In this document: piece by piece, positions 1-13,917 of the stretch
How positions within the stretch are numbered: the first letter of the stretch is position 1
Layout: each line of letters opens with the position of its first letter
From: Antedon mediterranea
Lineage: Eukaryota > Animalia > Echinodermata
Assembly (NCBI RefSeq): GCF_964355755.1
Contig: NC_092675.1
Location: 2,289,812 to 2,353,811 of the forward strand
Direction of reading: 5' to 3'
DNA length: 64,000 bases
Notes under the pieces: generated by a model
Seen by the model: only the letters and a program-made list of their open reading frames with translations
Database searches by the model: none
What the model was told of the DNA's origin: nothing
Made by a program: the position numbers and the translations under genes

Positions 1-3000
1 TACAGTAGCTGGGACTGGCAGCCACACCTCTGCAATTGCAATACAGTAGTACATACTATCCCATCCAATGTGATATGGATGGAGATGATGTCATCAATGT
101 GTTTGCATTGCCAAATTGGAAACTTCCCTAAAGATCCTACATTACAATACAAAGAAATATTTCTAACATACTATCATACTGCTAATACAGTGTAGATGGG
201 TAAATAAGTATGAATTCAATTTTTTGTTCAACATGAGCTAAAGTACCACCTCTGGGAATCCGATACAGTGACTTAGCCCAAGGCATATGCATTTTTCTCT
301 CCCTAATAAACACAGTAGTACTGTAGATTAAAATCTTTAAGAACATTGGAAGGTAAGCTAATATTTGACTCAATTGTTTAAAGAACAAAAGAAAAGGGTT
401 GTGTTTCAAAATTGTGACCAAGCCAGCTTTTCCATTGTTTATAAAAATCACCAATTTGGAGAAGTGTTTTGATTCTTTTAAAGAGTATCCAGAAAAACAT
501 GTATGTATGTAGGTATGATACAAAGAGACTCTTTTTACCAGCAGTATTGGAATAAATACAGTGTTTAATAAGCTTTTTATAGTGTTTAAACATTTTAATT
601 TTTATGAACAGCATATTATCTACAGTAATGCTGTATTTAGACTTTATAAAAATTCCATTTTCTTCAGAGGAAAATCAACAGGGCGTTGAATTAGCTGTAA
701 AAAAATTACAATAGTTAAAGTTTATGATTTATGATTAAAATAATATCAACAAGAGAGAGCTGTATTATAAGGTATTCCCAATGCAAAGTTCACAAAAATG
801 AATATTAAAATAAGACCACAAGATAGTTTCATTTTTTTCTAGCATGACAGGTCATAATTCATATTTAAATAACACTCAAGAATAATTGATTCACATTCTA
901 ATCTATAAGGTTTAAAGTCCAATTTCAACAACATACTATACGACAAGTAATGTACTGTATGATCAAGAGATACTACGGAGAAATCAGCTTTTAATGGTAT
1001 TCCATTTGATTTAAATTAACCTGGGTGAAACCTGGCGAGGATAACAGCGCACAGATATTGTCATTTCTGTTCCGACATGGAATTTTTAATGGAAAATAAT
1101 TGAATTTTTTACCTGGGTAAAAATATCAAAGTGCTTATTGATTTTTTTACACAATGTACAGAAAATAATTTGAATTCAAATCTGTTGGCAAAAATAGCCA
1201 TGCACAGTAAGAAATTTAATCGCCGAGGTGAAAATTCAATTTCAATTATTTCAACATAATTTGGGCATCGATACTAACTGTATTACTTGGCACGACTTAG
1301 TGTTTTAAAGTTACATAATTTAGTAAAATTTGATGCTTGCAGTCACATTGCTAAATTGAATTTTGCTATGGTGCAAATTTTATATAAATTTCATAACTGC
1401 AGTGTGTGTAATTCATATTAAATATTATAATTATAGAATTATTTAATTCTAATACATAGGAAATAATGGCTGTTTCTCATGTTGCTGTACAGTACAAATA
1501 TACAATATACAGGTTGTACTAATTGATTTACTGCATCAACACATTTCTAATTTTGGATGATAACTTTGACAGACACCCCCATTTCTACAATGGTTGAATC
1601 AAATTGAATGAACTGCTAGTATTGAACTAGGCCTCAGTATGTGTAAGTAGTGATCTCCATTGAGATTAATCTTACCATCAGATCATAATATCTTACATTT
1701 CTGTTGATGTAGTCTTTAAGTCAACATTTATATCGTTCACACCATATTTTTTTTATTAATATAATACTACAGTACCATACCAGTACAGTCAGTCAAATTT
1801 TAGACTCAATTGTTATTTATGTGACTATTGTGTTTATCACAAAGAGTATTGTTGGTAATTGAATAATTGTTTGATTATTAAAGTCTATTGTTTTCTGCCT
1901 TATGTTTCTGTACAGTTCATATTACAAATATCATTTTAAAATCTAATTTATATTAACCAATGGAAATAAAAAAGTCCACAATTTATTAAAAACGTTTATT
2001 TTACAACTCTCCTAATCACTTTTCTGAAATATTGATTCATGTTTTTTAAATTAATTGTTTTTAATTCACACAGTTTTCATTCCCGTCATACTTTTTTTTC
2101 TTTTAGTCCTCGTTTTATGAGTGGTCTAAAAATGAGTATGGCAGAAGGATTTGGTGCTAATTTCCTTATTTTTATGATCACATTGAATTAAATCTAAAAA
2201 CAAAAAATGTACAGTAAAACACACACAAAAAAAAAAGATAAAAAAAAAATCATAAATTTTAGTTTGAATCTTGTTAAAAGCAATAATTACAATAAAATCA
2301 TACAAGTGTATAATACTTGTGGTTTTATTCTAGTAACAAAAAAGAATACTGCAATTCAAATTGAATCATTTTGAACAGTGTAACTGCAATAAAATATTTA
2401 GACTATGATGATTAATGGTAAAAACTCCACAGGTCAGATGTCATGTCAGATTTAACCTTTATAGGTTACAAAGTGACCTCCTGCTTGGTTAAAATAAGAA
2501 TAAAATATCTTATGAATGTCATACTGTTAGCTTGTTATCATAAGTAACTCAATATAATAGGATAACCTACAGTACAGTTAGTACAATGTCTGCTACAGTA
2601 CTATGATAAAAATAAATAAATTATGTTGAAAATAAAAAAATATGTACAAATACCAAACTGGTAAATTTGTTTAAACTCTAAATATCATCAAATTATTATG
2701 TATCTTTAAAAAAAAATTAATTAGGATTCTTTTAGTCGATTATCAAATCCTTCCTGAACAAATTATTACATAAAGAAAACCATTGTTCTTGACAAAACAA
2801 AAATTAATATTCTACTCACTGCTGAGTCACTCACTCACTGTAAAAATAGAATGATACAACAAAAATGTAAAAAATTAATACAAATAATTTAATATTTTAT
2901 TCTTATTTTACAGTATTATTGGCCTAATTTCCTCAAATCACAGAAAAAAAAATTGCATTAAAAAGATCTGCTGAATATTGTTCCAAGCTGCCTTTAATGT

Positions 3001-6000
3001 ATTGATACACTATAATGAAAAAATCACCAACCTTTAGTTGAATAATATACTGTAGTATGCTTGAGAAATGAAATTAAAGGAGTTGAATCAATTGACAACA
3101 CACTGGATTGCATTACACAAACAGCTATTTCCTCTAAAGCATACACAACAAAGCCCTTTCGTGGATTTTCTACCAAACGCTTACTTTCTAATACCATCCC
3201 TTATAATCCCGATTAAGCTGTCTACATGATTCTAATGGTATGTAGCAACTGTTAAGTACATCCCTGACTAGTGTGAATTGCTTTTCCTGATTCACAAACC
3301 CTTTGTTACAATCAGAAGCACTTTCTATACACTTTAGCTTGCAAACAGGTTGGTAGTGGGAACAAGCCCATTTTTGTGCCATCCACAAAATGATTAATGT
3401 AATTTATGAGCAGACACTTTATTATCCTAATAAAATCACATCTCATAATAGTTAATAAGCCCAAATGTAAGAATAGAAAACATTCTATTAAGAAAAAAAA
3501 ATTAAATGTTTAAAATGTTTAAAAACTAATAAAAAATAATAATTTTCCAACAATGAACCATTAACCACTGTAACTATCTATTGAATTTATATTGATTTCA
3601 AATGACAAAAAAACCACAAATCTCATTAAATTCAAGAGGATAAGTGGAATAAAAGATTAATTTTAATACACTATAACATTTAATGTATTTTAATTATTAA
3701 TATTTTAAAGTATGCTGTTATAAAACTGCACACCATGTACTCTATACAAATATTTGCAATTACAATTATTTGTTATGTTAATTTTTAAAATCATATTAAA
3801 ATAATAAAATTATGTTACTGTTAGTGTTACTAATCTTAATTTTTTAAAGGAATAAAACAATTAGATAAAATTTAACATCTGTTTACAGTACACATTGCAC
3901 ATTACTAGTTAAATTTAACTTTGTTCTACTTTAAAATATGCAAAAATTGCATCTGCTATACTGTACCATGTTGTAATTTGGTGGGAAATTTTTTCTATTG
4001 CTTGTTATGTTAATGTTACTGTACATTTAAAAACTATTGGATCTACTGTACCTATCAAGATATCAAAGGTACAACACAGATATCAGAGGTACTAATCAAC
4101 ACTACAGCACAGTACAGTAGGTATAAAGGAGAATTAACTGATCACAGGAGCAGTTACGTGGGTTGTAAACTGAGATATAAATTCAGATAAATTGTAACTG
4201 TAGTGCTTGTGAACACAGCTAGAGCCTCTCTCACCATAAAGTAAGCTCACTCCGTGGTTTGACCTTCAACCCCATATTTCATGTTTTTAAACAGCACTTT
4301 AATCACTGACAATAATAAACTCATATTTCATTGTTAATCTTTCACACTGCTTTGGAATTACAATTTGTAAATCCGCCTTCAATTTAAAAATTTTCAATTC
4401 TAATAGAATACTTGACTCAACACAAAAGGAAAAGATGGCAATTTAGTATAATCCTGATAACCTATAGGACCAGATGTACAGTAATATCAAAACAGTCCTC
4501 ACTCAATAGAAATAATATTTATTTTTAAAAGTCTATTGTACAAAAGTCTACCGTGACTTTTGTTGTTTGAATGTTACTTTGAGCAAGGAGCTACTGTATC
4601 TCATTTTATAGCTCCATGCTATCAATATCTCTCTTAAGAATAAAATTTAGGTATTTAAAATTGGTGACATCATCATAAGGGTTTGGTTGAAATGGCAGTA
4701 GCACTAGTAGTACAGTTTAACAACATTAGATAAATCAATCACATTAAAATGCATCTGAAGAACTATCAATCAATGACAATAATTTCTTTTTTATTGTGCA
4801 GTAGGTATACATCTCTTTAGCTATGACAAGCTACAGGATAAATTGAAGGGTTACATTCATTTACTGATAGCTGTATAGAGTTAGTACTGTAGTGTATAGT
4901 AGGAATAATGGTGTATTAAGAACCAGTTAATGATTGGTGATATAAATCCTGTATTTAAACACATGGTACTATCATTCTTGAAAATTTCTATAATTTAGAA
5001 AAATGAAAAGAAATCGGTATATAGTACCCAGTAATTATTTTTCCATACAACTTTATATATAGAGTTTCTCAAGTACAAGAGATTACCAACAATATGTACA
5101 GTACAGAGAAACCACTCTGCAAATGATTACTGTCCTTTAAATTACCTAAAACAGTACTGTACTACCAATAGAAAAATTAGTGATGTAGTCGCAAGATATG
5201 GGAACAATCTTTGTTCAAGCGACTGGGTTGTGAAAGGCCTTTGTGAAAAAGTTGTCAGGTTGAAAGCTTACCAACCATACTGGTGGCTTCAGCCCTGGAC
5301 ATACAGTACTGTAGATTTATATCCACAACACACACAGAAAATACTACTGTAGATGATCATACAGTTTTATTAAAAATCTAGTTTTGACTGTAAAGTGTCA
5401 TCTCTAACCAACAAAGAGAGAAAAACAGCCCCCATTTGTGTATTCAACATACTGCCTCTTTTGTAGACAATACAGTACTTCAATAGGAATTTAAATTGTA
5501 CCTACGGGTAGTCACAAACAATTTTTTGGAAAATACCCTAAAATAGTTTTACTGCAAACTAAACCGTTTGTAAATTGGTTAAAAATTAAATGTTGTTGTG
5601 TAATTGTAAAGCTATTTATTTTCACGCACCATTAATTTTTAAAGAAAGGGCTTGAACCGAAATGATAATAATGAATCAATTTGATTAATACAATGATACC
5701 TTTTAGACTACACAGTTAGAGTTAATCACTTCACAATCCTATCTAGTTGTACAGTACTGTACTATATCAACAACTGTACAATAAATTTAGACCGCATTAA
5801 TTGTTCTTTTCCATTCTCAATTTGCTTCCAATGTATCAACACATTAAAGAGAAATTACCCACCTCCGTGAAGTGAATCGTTTTACTAATATTGAAAACAA
5901 CAATGTTGTGATCAAAACACAAAACAAACCGAGTTGAGTCGCAACCGTAGCCATTACATTTAGATATAATTTAGACGCAGAGTTATGATAAGTTAACAAC

Positions 6001-6777
6001 AGTCTACAGTAGCGAATGTGGTTGCTCACTTACTGTAAAATGAATGCGCAAAACAAAATTGCAGTACTTGATTTACATAACAAGGCATGCACAAGTGTGC
6101 TACATCACATTTAGTTTCATCATGTGACCAACAATCTACATTCAGTACAGTAGGTGTAAACATTTGTTAGTAGTGATCATGAAAAAAATATTGTACTGTA
6201 TATCTTTAGATTGATAGTCTAATAATAGTTAATACTCAATTGCTTTTTTTTTAATTGTACTTTCAGTACACTGTACTGTAGGTCTATCATTTTAAATGCC
6301 AATTGTTAAAGAAAACAAAGCAGGTAGAGATGAATTTGAATGGTGTAAATGTGATGATTAAAGGGAACCAGGTACTTAAAACAACAAAGACTCTAGTCTC
6401 AGTAAATGATCATTACTGACTCATTCCAACCACGAACTGTTCATTAAATGTACAGTACCTACCACATATTCTTTTTAATCTTAGGGCCTGTTTCAGATTT
6501 AAAATCGTTTTACAGTATGGTTATTTATTTGTGGTAGAAATGTTGGTTCTCACAAATAACTAACCACAAAAAAGAATCAATTCAAAATGCCTTTAAATAA
6601 GTCAATTTAATTTATTTAATCTGGTATGCTACCATTTTTGTGAGAACAGTTTTCTACTGTGAACAACACAATGGTCTCAGTTCAGTACAGTAGCTCCGTT
6701 TACACGCACTAGTCTTAATCATGCACGTAGTAGTAGGGAACGATGAAGCCTAGGCATCTGATGTACAGTATAGCAAG

Positions 6778-6933
6778 CAGTGGCGTAACAGCTATGAGCG
6801 CTCACTGGTTAAAGCAAGGGGCCTCATACTGTAGCTTAAGGGGCTTGAATGCATTGAGCAGCCCCAATGCAACTACCCAGCATTGGAGGACCCCTTAGGA
6901 GGGCTAAACTAGGGGCCTTGCGTTATTCCACTG
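6778..6933. mobile_element. 156-bp hAT-like MITE
   Basis: The termini CAGTGGCGTAAC and GTTATTCCACTG form an imperfect inverted repeat. They are flanked by an 8-bp near-identical duplication, ATAGCAAG (6770-6777) / ACAGCAAG (6934-6941). CAG..CTG ends with an 8-bp TSD are typical of hAT elements. Confidence 0.6.
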
Positions 6934-9695
6934 ACAGCAAGTGCTTGTGTGATCGGAACTCTCTTACATGTGAAATACAATTATATATATAGATATAACT
7001 CTGATACTGTAGGTTTCAGAATGTAATGTAACGATTGTAATTCCCACCTGATTACAAAGGGGTATGCTTTGGGGTATGCTTTGGCGTATGTAAAACAAGT
7101 TAAAACCGCAATAAGGAAGCTACGATAGACCCCACCATGATTTACCTTTGATAATGAGCTGGTAACTATTAAATGTACTACTCTCTGTTCACCCAATAAT
7201 TATTTAACTTAGATACAATTCTGATCAAGTAACACTAACATGGCCATAATCTACAGATTACATTAATGTTTTATCACAAGAAGGAAGTATGTGTTGACAT
7301 GAATAATGTAGCTGCACATGTGACATATATTTACTGAGTCATGTGACACACTGTACTTTCTACTAAAACATAATTACTGGGTACTTCTACTTTCAGGGAA
7401 AAATGAATACTTAATTCTGAACATTTGTTTACTTTTTATCTGTACTGTATTTGAAACTAAATAAACAACCCAAAACATTCAGCTGTCAATCAGAACATTT
7501 TTGTCAAACAATATCATTTTTTATGTTAATCTGTTTTTAAATTATCACATAAAAGTTTTGTAAATTTTTTCTAAATTTCCAATACAAACCATGACAAGAC
7601 AATTAATCATGTCTGCACTCACTCATTTTTAAAACATCCTGGATCTGTATTTATATGTACAATAGGTGGGTTACAAAAAAGGAATTTTTTTGTATTTATT
7701 GAATGGGGAGGGGATATTTTGAAAGTATAAAAGTTCTCAGTCAGCTCCACTTTGAATAGAATACAGTAGAATAAGAATCAGTCAATCTTTGAACTTGAAA
7801 ATATTCTCTTCCAACTAATAAACATTCAGTACTATTTGATAGCAGCATTATTGACATAGAAGGGACGTTGCCAACATGAGGCTCGCCTGGTCTGAAATAT
7901 TCCATTTTCATTACCCTACCAAATTCTCCAGCAGAGATCGTCATATTTTATATTAATAATAATTATATTTAAAACATCTTTTTAACCTCTCGCATGGCCT
8001 TGCATAGTCACCAACTGTCTAGATAATGTAGGACAATCCCACTGAAGTGATTGTCATGTAACACGCATTTTGCCAAAGTTCCTTGAGCAATTTGAAATTG
8101 TGCCGCACAATTGCGTAATTTGTTAACACAAAATAATACACCAGTACTTATAAAATGGGAAGCTCTGTATTCACTGACTCTTGTTTTAGTCGCACTACTT
8201 CGGCAATGCTCGAGACACACGGCACGAGGATCCCACCAAATTTACCATCTTTCTTATAAAAACGTAAATCGTTTATTTTTTATAACAATTCTACACAAAT
8301 TTTAAAATACCATACCACCCTTGGGTTCTGTAATAAAAGTCACACAAAGATCATTTAATACATTTACTGGCCAATCAAAGTCAACAAGCTCCAGTTTTAT
8401 TGTCAATCAAAACCTTTTATCAATGTGGCCAACAAAAGGATTAAATTACAAAATCAAAGAGGGGATGAAAATCATTCTTAAAATAGTCAGAATCATTATA
8501 ATAGTTTAATTGGCTAGGCTAAGAATTTAAAACAGTAAGATAATGTGATTAATAAAGGTTGTTAGGAAAGGGTGAGTGACATTTCATTGGTATGTTAACA
8601 ATTAATAAATAAGGTCACTCTTTACAGCTTCATTTCATGGCCCTGTCCAGCTCCTACCACCAGCCAGGCAAGATGAGAGAGGCAGCCTTTTTATGGAGTC
8701 GCCTCCTTATTGAAATATCGTTATCAAACTATAACACCATTAAACATGGCATCTTCATGTTTAAACATGAATAATTTACAATATCCAACCTTTAGAATCA
8801 TATATCCAAGAATATATAAAAATCCTGTGAACTTGTCTGATGTCAGGCCGGTCTCTTGTGAATGCCTGCTGAATCTCCGGGTGAAAAGAACACCCTTTCC
8901 CATACAACAGTCTGGGCTTCAATAATGACAAAGAGAGTTGTGTAGCTTATCGAGTCTTTCCGAAACAATGCCTCTACAGAGATAGCTAAATAGCAGCAGG
9001 TCTAAGTAATCTGATTGGTTAATGTGCTTAGAAAGTAACCAATCAGCGGTTTGGATTTTGGCTTAGAAATAGGTCTATAGCTGGAATAGCAAGTTACATG
9101 GTTTTTAGTAGAAGAGACGCTTATAAGGCATACATCCCGCTTCGTTGATAATGTGACACAATTTGCATATCACTCAATCAAGGAATCTATGTACTGTATC
9201 AATCAATGAAACCTATCAAACTCATTAAAGCAATTACAAAAGACAACAGGAAAGCGATGCATTGGGATCTTTAGTTCATTAAATCGTACAGCAGGGCTTT
9301 TTATTGTAGAGAGCAGCTCACAGAGCGTATTGTTCATGTAATACAATTTAATATTAATATGCTTTATTTTTATGAAGTAATACTATTACTGTATTACGTT
9401 ATGCATTAACGCTTGTCGTTATATGAATACAGCTTTATTTCATGGAGTAAAGAATAAGAAGAAGAATAATTATTCTTAACTCTATGTTTATTAATCAAAA
9501 TATTAAGATAATAATATAACGTTTCAACAATACATACATAGCTATACTCAGGTAAACTGACAATTATGCATACTTGAACAAAAAAGCAGTACTATAATTA
9601 ATAGTTTAGTTAATAAATTGAATAATCAAGACTAAAATAATATTAATTAATTATAACCTTTTTAAAATTAAATACCTTTGTTCACCTACTCTTAC

Positions 9696-9920
9696 CGAAC
9701 CCTTTTTCAAGTTCAGAGTTTGCGGCCCGGTTATTTTAATATGACAGACGCTTTCTAAATCTAAAAAAAAACGACTAAAAAGATTCATCATAAAATTACA
9801 ATGTCCAGATTATTGAAATGAAAGATGGTTTTATAGAAAAGAGTGATCTTTTAAACAGTATCCGGCTTTAGGATTTCCACCTCTTGATTACACTGAAAAG
9901 GGAGGGCCAACGACCTGTTT
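9696..9920 (-). other. Possible non-coding first exon of an unidentified minus-strand gene whose long intron may occupy the left end of the window
   Basis: Donor-like TCG|GTAAGA at 9695 on the minus strand next to CpG-containing sequence. I found no coding exon to link it to. Confidence 0.2.
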
Positions 9921-11828
9921 CCCCTAATAAATTTGTGTTCCTTTGTCTGTGGGTGCTATTGTTTTCTCGTTAGGGTGCTTGGAATTCAAGTAGGCCTATT
10001 AGCTCATTGTACTACTCAAAGAAAGGTACACTTATTCGGTTTAAAACAAAATTCGCTGGATAACACCAGACTTTTCTTGACAAAGAGTTACCACCATATA
10101 ATTCAATTTCCAACATACTTTTCCCCCTTTGTCTGTTGTACCATAGAGACCTCTGTTATTTAAAGTCTGATAAGCTGCAAACTCAAATCGTTTTCTAATT
10201 GATAGTGTTCATTTGGAATGTGAATTGTTTGTTTCTATAGTTTTTATGTAACTTAGAAAACTTGTGTTATGTAACATCATGACAAATGATACATATAACA
10301 ACATATATATATATATATATATATAGTTCACTATAATATAATATCTCTATAGGCCTACATAGAATAGATAGATAGCTCCATGGTTGAACTAACAAATAAA
10401 CATATTTCGATCAGAGGGTGTAAATAAGATGTGGATGTATACCGGATACATTATCATTCATTCATTCAAATTTTATTAGAAACAGTTCAAAAATATAAAA
10501 GGCAATTTACAATTTAAATAATTAATACAATAATAGGAACTGTTGTTTCAGGAATCGAAGTATAAAAAGCTTATTGTCTTATAACAACCTCTTATACACA
10601 ATAAGTACAGTATATAAAATGATGAGAAATTGTGGCTTCTGGAATCCTAGATACGGCTGAAGGGTTGAGTTGATGTATTAGTCAGGTAAAAGTCGTCATT
10701 ACATACACATTTGACAACACGCAGGTGAATCGTTATAAGAATGTGATGAATGTTCCATTTCATTAATTTTATTAAAATCGCTACATCCTAATGTGACATC
10801 CCTTTGTCGATTTTTACCTTGCTGCTGAAACGGTGAAAAAAACGTATTGTATACTACTGATAGTTGGTGTATTTTACAAAAATTTAAATAAAGTCGGCCT
10901 AAGCAACAACGAACATCAACACACAAAACTTAACAATTTTGTCCTGGTGCCTTACAAAAAAATAAAATTTCTCCCTTCCTCTCTGATTTTTAAAGAACGA
11001 TCAATATCTTTTCATTAAGTGGCCTAATTAATAGCTCAAATTTCTCATTTTGCTATGTGATAATTTAAGACCATGAAGTACTCTTCCCTGATTATTCACA
11101 CCATGGAGGTATACAATTAATACATTAGCATCTAATTGTATACCTTCATGCATGTTCACACTAATAATTGTTGAGTTTCACTCTTTTGCAATAAACGAAT
11201 TCTATCTGAATGCGGCATAACGAAAATTAAACTTTAATTCAGTTAGGCAGTATCTTTCGGTTACAAGGTCGTTCTGCATTAATCATTACACAGCATATGA
11301 GTTTAATGTTTGTTCGAGGTTTAAACGCGGGGAGGGGGAGAGGGGAGGGAGGATGAAGTTGAATAGAAATTATGGATATTATTAAATCAAATACTGAACT
11401 ATAGACATAATTTTCTTCTATTTTTTTTCCAAAGAAAATATTCAAAGCAGCGCTAATTTGGAAAGTAAGACCGGGTAGTTAGTTAGGCGTGTCAACAATA
11501 ATTTCCTATTCTGTATACATTACACCAGGAAGGTATAAAATAGGCCTACCTCTCCCTCCCTGATTACACCAGGGCCTGCTATAATTTGTATCAAGGCGTA
11601 TTGCATGTCACAATACTTGTATTAAGGAGCAATACTAGTTCAAAGTTGGATTCTTGCAGATGTCGTACTGAAAGATATAGGCGGTCTACTATTCCGCACT
11701 TAGCACGAATCCTTTAAGTTTAATGTTTAGTTTAGATCTACTATGATGTATTTTACTTCTCAGTTTATGATTGTAATCCAACCTTTTCAGCTCTTGCTGC
11801 TGGTTGGAATTTGATGTTTTTATACCTT

Positions 11829-11830
11829 AA

Positions 11831-11861
<31 letters not shown>

Positions 11862-11870
11862 AAAATAAAT
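11829..11870. repeat. (TAAA)n microsatellite
   Basis: Seen directly in the sequence. Confidence 0.9.
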
Positions 11871-13917
11871 ATAACGAGGGCGTTGTCTCAGCTAATTTAT
11901 TGATAAAAACAACATCGGATTTATCTCGTCCCTAGATAATTGGACTGTGTGCAGGAGAAAATGAATTGTAATTTTTTTGATGACATTTTATGAACACGGA
12001 TATGCATGTACATATAGGCTATCGGGGACATGTCATTTATCCAAGATGTCGTTTCACTTATTTTGTTTATTTATTTATGATCATAACTATCAATAATGGA
12101 CAAGCTATTGTTCAACCCCACGTTTTGTCATCACAGACGATATTTATGAATTTCGTTTATCAATGAGTGACATTTGGATAATAATTGCCAAGATGTGACA
12201 AGAGCTTTCTTGAAATCTCGGAATCTTGGGTTCAACTCAACCTAGTATCAACAAATACAAAGCACTACACTGTCTAACCGGATACCATCAGTATTTGAAC
12301 TTGTAGTCAGCGTGTAGGGAACAAAACATAATACTAAATTTGTTGGTCAATTTTGTGAGGGATTTTGTTAAACTAGTAAACATTGGTCTAATTATAGAAC
12401 TGGTGACAATAATCGATAATTATAGAACTGGTGACAATAATCGATTATTTAATATTCTTCCAGGGTTTTACCACAGGTTCTTCTTCACTCTGAATGACTG
12501 GTCATATAATATTAAAAGCTTAATGTATAGTTGTCAATAATGTGTGAAGTTAACTAAAGAGGAAAGTCTATCTGTAAAATATACACACCGTAATGCCATT
12601 GTTGGGACGAGGTGTTTATCTGTATTGCTAACAATGGGATGATCACACCATACTCGATTTTACATATTTCACTATGGCATTCAATACTAGTAATACAATG
12701 AACACCTCCATTGGGACACCTTGATTTAAAGGGGACACTTTATATACCTTAACATAGTCAGGGTTCCAGACGGAGTTTTGTCTTAATATTAGTAACAAGA
12801 TAAATATTTTGTTTATATGTATACTTGATCTTGGATTTTTTTCAGACAAAAATCGAAATAAAATCAAATAAATAAAAGACAATGAATACAGACTTGGAGC
12901 AAGTCTAGCCTCATTACATTACGGTCAGCCCATATTCAAGGGAAACCCCTATTAAGTTGACATTTACTTGGTCCCCTTAATGGGGATCTACTGTAGAACA
13001 AATTTATTTAGGCGGAGATATTCCCATCATATTATTTAATGCATTCATTTCCAGATATGTAATTTGCATAACTTGGAGTCACTGGAAATGATAGCTAGTA
13101 GCTAAAACACCACCTGTTCATTATTTAATAATGCAACAAAAAACACACAATATAATAAAAAGTCATAAATAAATCTTTCTATATTATTTATTTAAATTAT
13201 TTGCATAATTATTAATTATTATATCAGAAACAAATTACTGTATGATTTTAATTATTTTAAATGTATTGCAAAATATATATTTTTACTATAACATTGTTAA
13301 CATTTTCTAAATACAAATAAAACACTAGTTACTATTTCAGAACAAACTGAAAACCCAGTGATTTTCAAACAAATTAATGATGTTAAAACCAAGTTTCCCA
13401 GGGGAAATAAATTAAAAATTTACCTAACATAATGCATCGATATCAATAAATAAACTTGTTATTAAGACATAGAATGGATGCTTTTAAAAATATACCATGA
13501 ATACCATTAACTCGAATGAGTAGAAATGACTCGTTACACCTATATGCATCAGACCAAGGTATTCTAACAACAGGATTCTGAGCTCCAGAGATCAAAGCGT
13601 TTATCTGTGACTGCCACACGTTTAGTTCCACGCCCCTTAACAGACACCACTAAGCAAATAACTTAAGCTTATTTATCAAACCGTCTTAGCAGAGAAATTG
13701 TCTTTGGTCAATTTTACGTTTCATTTTAAGGCAAGGTGTTGTTTGTCTTAATACAAAATTATGCAAATATTTTTGCTTAGATATATTAATAAATCCGACT
13801 AAAGCAAAATCAAGGATTTAAGGCAAAGTTAAGACGATTTTTTTGCTAAGCAAGTTTGATAAATCCTGGGTTAAATTGTAAATGTTTATTTCTTGACAAG
13901 GTTACATCATTTCTAGT

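Noticed and set aside
7741-7944. 67-aa ORF with ISAGEFGRVMK, faintly like an RFX DNA-binding helix
   Set aside because: The similarity does not continue beyond about 10 residues and I found no supporting splice structure.
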